From: Actinomycetota bacterium
Lineage (GTDB): Bacteria; Actinomycetota; Acidimicrobiia; Spongiisociales; UBA11373
Assembly (NCBI GenBank): GCA_018821365.1
Contig: JAHJML010000129.1
Coordinates: 1 to 55,592, forward strand
Reading direction: 5' to 3'
DNA length: 55,592 nt
Of the stretch, positions 50,866 to 55,592 are shown in pieces (the first letter of the stretch is position 1; the number at the start of each line of letters is the position of its first letter). A program made the position numbers and the translations under genes. The notes beneath the pieces are model-generated. The model was not told where the DNA came from. It worked only from the letters and a program-made list of their open reading frames with translations, and searched no databases.

Positions 50866-52347
50866 ATGCACATCGGTTTCCTCAACCCCCAGGGCAACTT
50901 CGATCCCGGCGACTCGTACTGGACCGAGCACGCCGACTTCGGAGGTCAACTGGTGTACGTCAAGCAGGTGGCGCTGGCGCTGGGCGAGATGGGCCACCGG
51001 GTCGACATCCTGACCAGGCGGATCGTCGACGCCGATTGGCCTCCCTTCGCCAACGATCTCGATGTCTATCCGGATGCTCCGAATGTGCGGATCGTCCGGG
51101 TCCCCGCCGGGGAAGACGACCGGTTCCTGCCCAAGGAGGACCTGTGGCCCTTCCTGGGGAGGGATTGGGTCCCGGGGATCATCGACCTCTACCGGGCCGA
51201 GGGCTCGTTCCCCGATGCGTTCACCGGCCACTACGGCGACGGCGGCCTGGCCGCCGTGCTGCTCAGAGCAGAGATCGGGATCCCCTTCACGTTCACCGCC
51301 CACTCGTTGGGTGCCCAGAAGATGGACAAACTGGAGGCCCGCTGTTCCAACCTGACCGAACTGGAGGATCGCTATCACTTCGCCTCCCGATTGGTCGGGG
51401 AGCGGCTGGCGATGAACCACTCCGGGGTCAACATCACCAGCACCCGCCAGGAGCGCTTCGAGCAGTACGGGCATCACGCCTACCGGGAGGCGGTCTCCGT
51501 CGACGACGATGCCCGGTTTGCGGTGGTGCCCCCCGGCGTGAACCTGGCGATCTTCGGATCCGATGCCCGGGCCGCCACCGAAGCGGCGACCCGCCGGACG
51601 GTGGACGACCGCCTCGCCCGCGACCTCGACCCCGGTCGCCTCGGCCTCCCGGTCGTGGTGGCGTCCAGCCGCCTCGATCCCAAGAAGAACCACTTCACCA
51701 TCGTGGAGGCGTTTGCCACCGACGATGCGCTGCGCCGCACTGCCAACCTGGTGATCCTGACCGGGTCGCTCGACGACCCGCTGCACAGCGACGACGGCAT
51801 CTCTGCCGGCGAACTGGCGGTGCTGCGCCCGCTCCGGGAGCTCATCGCCTCTGCCGGGTTGGAGGGGTCGGTGGCGGCCTTTGCCCTGCCGGGGCAGGAG
51901 CGGCTTGCCGCCGCCTATCGCTACCTGGCCGAGCGGCGCTCGGTGTTCTGCCTCACCGCGCTGTACGAGCCGTTCGGCCTCGCTCCGCTCGAGGCGGCGG
52001 CGGCCGGGCTGCCGCTGGCCGTGACCCGTAACGGGGGGCCCTCGGAGAGCCTGGTGCAGGACGGTATCGAATACGGCGTGCTGGTCGACCCCGCCGATGT
52101 GGCGTCGGTGGCCGCCGGCCTGCTGCGGGCGCTCGGCCCCGAGTGGGACGATCTCGCCGCCAGAGGAAGGCAGCGGGTGCTCGACCGCTACACCTGGGAC
52201 CGCACCGCCGAGGGGTACCTGGGCGCCATCGAACGGGCCATGGCCAACGCCGGAGGATCACTCCTGCCGATTCCCGCCTGGTTCGGTGATCCCGGTTCCG
52301 GAGACGGCTTCGATGCCGGAGACCTGGCCGCGATCTACCTGGTCTAG
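50866..52347 (+). CDS. Sucrose-phosphate synthase-like glycosyltransferase (GT4), glycosyltransferase domain only
   Basis: 493 aa. FGGQLVYVKQVALALGEMGHRVDILTR, FTGHYGDGG, TAHSLGAQK, ITSTRQE and EPFGLAPLEAAAAGLP resemble the cyanobacterial/plant SPS catalytic domain. There is no HAD/SPP domain. Confidence 0.75.
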   Translation: MHIGFLNPQGNFDPGDSYWTEHADFGGQLVYVKQVALALGEMGHRVDILTRRIVDADWPPFANDLDVYPDAPNVRIVRVPAGEDDRFLPKEDLWPFLGRDWVPGIIDLYRAEGSFPDAFTGHYGDGGLAAVLLRAEIGIPFTFTAHSLGAQKMDKLEARCSNLTELEDRYHFASRLVGERLAMNHSGVNITSTRQERFEQYGHHAYREAVSVDDDARFAVVPPGVNLAIFGSDARAATEAATRRTVDDRLARDLDPGRLGLPVVVASSRLDPKKNHFTIVEAFATDDALRRTANLVILTGSLDDPLHSDDGISAGELAVLRPLRELIASAGLEGSVAAFALPGQERLAAAYRYLAERRSVFCLTALYEPFGLAPLEAAAAGLPLAVTRNGGPSESLVQDGIEYGVLVDPADVASVAAGLLRALGPEWDDLAARGRQRVLDRYTWDRTAEGYLGAIERAMANAGGSLLPIPAWFGDPGSGDGFDAGDLAAIYLV

Positions 52348-52395
52348 GCCGGCCGGGGGCGCCGGGCCATCGCCGTACCCGTTCGATCCCGGCGG

Positions 52396-53399
<1,004 letters not shown>

Positions 53400-53403
<4 letters not shown>

Positions 53404-55265
53404 GCCTCGATCAACTCCAGGATCTTGTCGCGGATCTCACCTGTCTTGAACGGTTCGCCCTGCACCTTGCTGAACCTGGTGCAGTCGAGCAGGTACTCGG
53501 CGCGCAGCAGGCGCCACAACTGACCCCGATTCAACTCCGGCACCAGCACCTTCTGGTAGGAGCCCAGCACCTCGCCGAGGTTCCTGGGGAAGGGATTCAG
53601 GTGCCGGAGGTGGGCCCTGGCGACCTTGGCGCCCTGGTGGCGGACCATCCGGACCGCGGCGTGGATGGCCGAGGACGTCGAACCCCAGCCGAGCACCAGC
53701 ACGGTGGCGCCCTCCTCACCATCGACCTCGATGTCGGGGATGTCATCGGCGATGCCGGCGATCTTGCGCTCCCGGTAGTCGGTCATCAGTTCGTGGTTGG
53801 GGCCGTCGTAGCCGACCGCCCCGGTCCCGTCGACCTTCTCGAGGCCGCCGATCCGGTGCTGCAGGCCGGCGGTGCCGGGGATGGCCCACGGCCGGGAGAG
53901 GGTGGCCGGGTCCCGCAGGTAGGGCAGGTAGCGGTCGGGGCTGTTCAGTTCGGTCTGGAATGGGACGCTGATGTCCGGCAGTGCCTCCAGATCGGGGAGC
54001 CGCCACGGCTCGGCGCCGTTGGCGATGTATCCGTCCGAGAGCAGGATCACCGGGGTCATGTACTTGAGTGCGATGCGGACTGCCTCGATCGTGGTCTCGA
54101 AGGCGTCGGAGGGGGAGCCGACCGCCACCACCGGGAGCGGTGACTCACCGTGCCGCCCGTACAGCGCCATCAGGAGGTCCGACTGCTCGGTCTTGGTGGG
54201 GAGCCCGGTCGAGGGGCCGCCCCGCTGGACGTCGACGATCAGCATCGGCAACTCGGTCATCAGCGCCAGGCTGATGGTCTCGCTCTTGAGCGCCAGGCCG
54301 GGTCCCGAGGTGCCGGTGACGGCCAGGTGGCCGCCGAAGGCCGCCCCCAGCGCCGCACCGGCGGCGCCGATCTCGTCTTCTGCCTGGAAGGTCCTCACCC
54401 CGAAGTTCCGCCGGCGGGCCAGTTCGTGGAGGATGTCGGAGGCCGGCGTGATCGGGTACGAGGCGTAGAACACCGGGAGCTTGGCCGCCTGGCCGGCGGC
54501 GATGATCCCCCAGGCGACCGCCTGGTTGCCGGTGACGTTGGCGTAGGTCCCCGGTTCCATCTTGGCCGGCTTGACCTCGTAGGTGTGCCGGAAGACCTCG
54601 GTGGTGATGCCCAGGTTGTAACCGGCCTTGAAGGCGTTGGTGTTGGCGGCCAGCACCTCGGGGGTCGACCCGAACTTCGATTCGATCCACTTGATCGTCG
54701 GTTCGACGGGGCGGCCGTACATCCACGCCAGCACGCCGAGCGCCAGGAAGTTCTTCGACCTCAGGACGCCCCGGCCCTTGAGGCCGGTCTCTTCGACCGC
54801 CTTCTTGGTGAGCTCCTCCATGGGGACCGGGAGGACCGTGAAGGCATCGAGCGTGCCATCCTCGAGTGGATTGGCGGTGTAGCCGGCCTTGGTCCACCGG
54901 CGCTCGGTGAAGGCATCGGTGTTGACGACGAGGGTGCCGGCCGGTTGCAGGTCGGCGAGGTTGGCCTTGAGGGCTGCCGGGTTCATGGCCACCAGGACGT
55001 CGGGGTGGTCGCCGGGGGTGAGGATGTCGCGGTCGGCGATGTGGACCTGGAAGGTGGAGACCCCGCCGAGGGTGTCGGCGGGGGCGCGGATCTCCGCCGG
55101 ATAGCTCGGAAAGGTCGAGAGGTCGTTTCCGAAGATGGCGGAGGCTTCGGTGAAGCGGGCTCCCGCCAACTGCATGCCGTCGCCCGAATCGCCTGCGAAG
55201 CGAATACGGACGGATGAGATCTCCTCGACCTCAGCCTCGTCTCGTGGGGGCGCTTGCTGGGACAC
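53400..55265 (-). CDS. korA: 2-oxoglutarate/2-oxoacid:ferredoxin oxidoreductase subunit alpha
   Basis: 621 aa. Its stop overlaps the korB start by 4 nt. The gamma-like N-terminal domain is fused to the alpha domain (YPITPASDILHEL), typical of actinobacterial KorA. Confidence 0.9.
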
Positions 55266-55324
55266 CTCGATGCCTGCCTTGTGGTTGGGGATGTTGGCAA
55301 CGGCCGGCGCTGCGAGGGCGCATT

Positions 55325-55592
55325 CTATGCGGGGGACGAAGGAAGGCCGAACGGCCCCGGCCCGGCTCCGGGCGGAGCCCGGAAGGCGACCACCCCGGCC
55401 TCCTCGAGTGCCAACCCGACACCCAGCAGCAACTCCTCTCCCCAGCGGGGGCCGATCAACTGTAACGACGGCGGCGGGGACTCAGGGAGGGCCAGCGGCA
55501 GGGCGATCGCCGGCACCGAACCATGGTTGACCAAGGCGGTGAACCATGCGAAGGCGGTGCGATAGGGGACCGGTCCCGCCTCGGTCGGGACG
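55325..55592 (-). CDS. Amidase-signature-family protein, C-terminal fragment (5' end outside window)
   Basis: The minus-strand frame is open to the window edge. ...NHGSVPAIALPLALPESPPPSLQLIGPRWGEELLLGVGLALEEAG resembles the amidase C terminus (GlPaislP...GlPvglQliG...E..ll.la.a.E). Stop at 55325-55327. Confidence 0.5.
   Translation of the reverse strand, partial: VPTEAGPVPYRTAFAWFTALVNHGSVPAIALPLALPESPPPSLQLIGPRWGEELLLGVGLALEEAGVVAFRAPPGAGPGPFGLPSSPA

Noticed and set aside
55254-55565. Plus-strand ORFs of 83-131 aa upstream of korA (55135..55530, 55214..55465, 55254..55565).
   Set aside because: Their translations are Arg/Gly/Pro-rich with no motifs. The minus-strand frame that is open to the window edge gives an amidase-like C terminus, which is the better explanation for this stretch.

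Overview
The window is a high-GC (about 68-70% by eye), tightly packed chromosomal segment, almost certainly from an Actinomycetota genome, possibly Acidimicrobiia-like (inference). Support for that: a WhiB-family regulator, DUF3107, an MshB/Mca-type PIG-L deacetylase, Rho with a Gly/Gln/Arg-rich N-terminal insertion, and the classic actinobacterial synteny block argS-hom-thrC-rho-rpmE-prfA-prmC-tsaC-atp operon. I can support about 60 protein-coding genes (two are partial at the window edges), one gene remnant, one tRNA-Arg(CCG) and a few hairpins and operator-like palindromes. The content is mostly core housekeeping: bcp, rlmN, ggt, acnA, argS, hom, thrC, tal, rho, rpmE, prfA, prmC, tsaC, glyA, atpZ-I-BEFHAGDC and korAB. 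I saw no CRISPR array, rRNA, transposase, integrase, phage genes or recognisable defence or toxin-antitoxin module. Many long ORFs in the six-frame track are antisense or out-of-frame shadows typical of high-GC DNA and were rejected. I found no clear novel system. The least explained parts are these. (1) A 358-nt GC-depressed, repeat- and hairpin-rich leader (7364-7721) lies upstream of two tandem membrane-anchored degenerate HD(-GYP) proteins. (2) A three-gene cluster after the atp operon (49159-52347) combines an MshB-like deacetylase, a HisA-fold protein whose catalytic Asp residues appear replaced by Asn/Gln, and a sucrose-phosphate-synthase-like GT4. (3) A three-Cys ArsR/SufR-like regulator sits upstream of and co-oriented with aconitase, and divergent from a cysteine-free Mrp-family ATPase. 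(4) The conserved synteny block is interrupted in several places: lysA and thrB are absent, a transaldolase is inserted, and a 6.8-kb TetR/MMPL/ABC-2/S9-peptidase block sits between prfA and prmC. All family calls rest on motifs recognised by eye. No database search was run.
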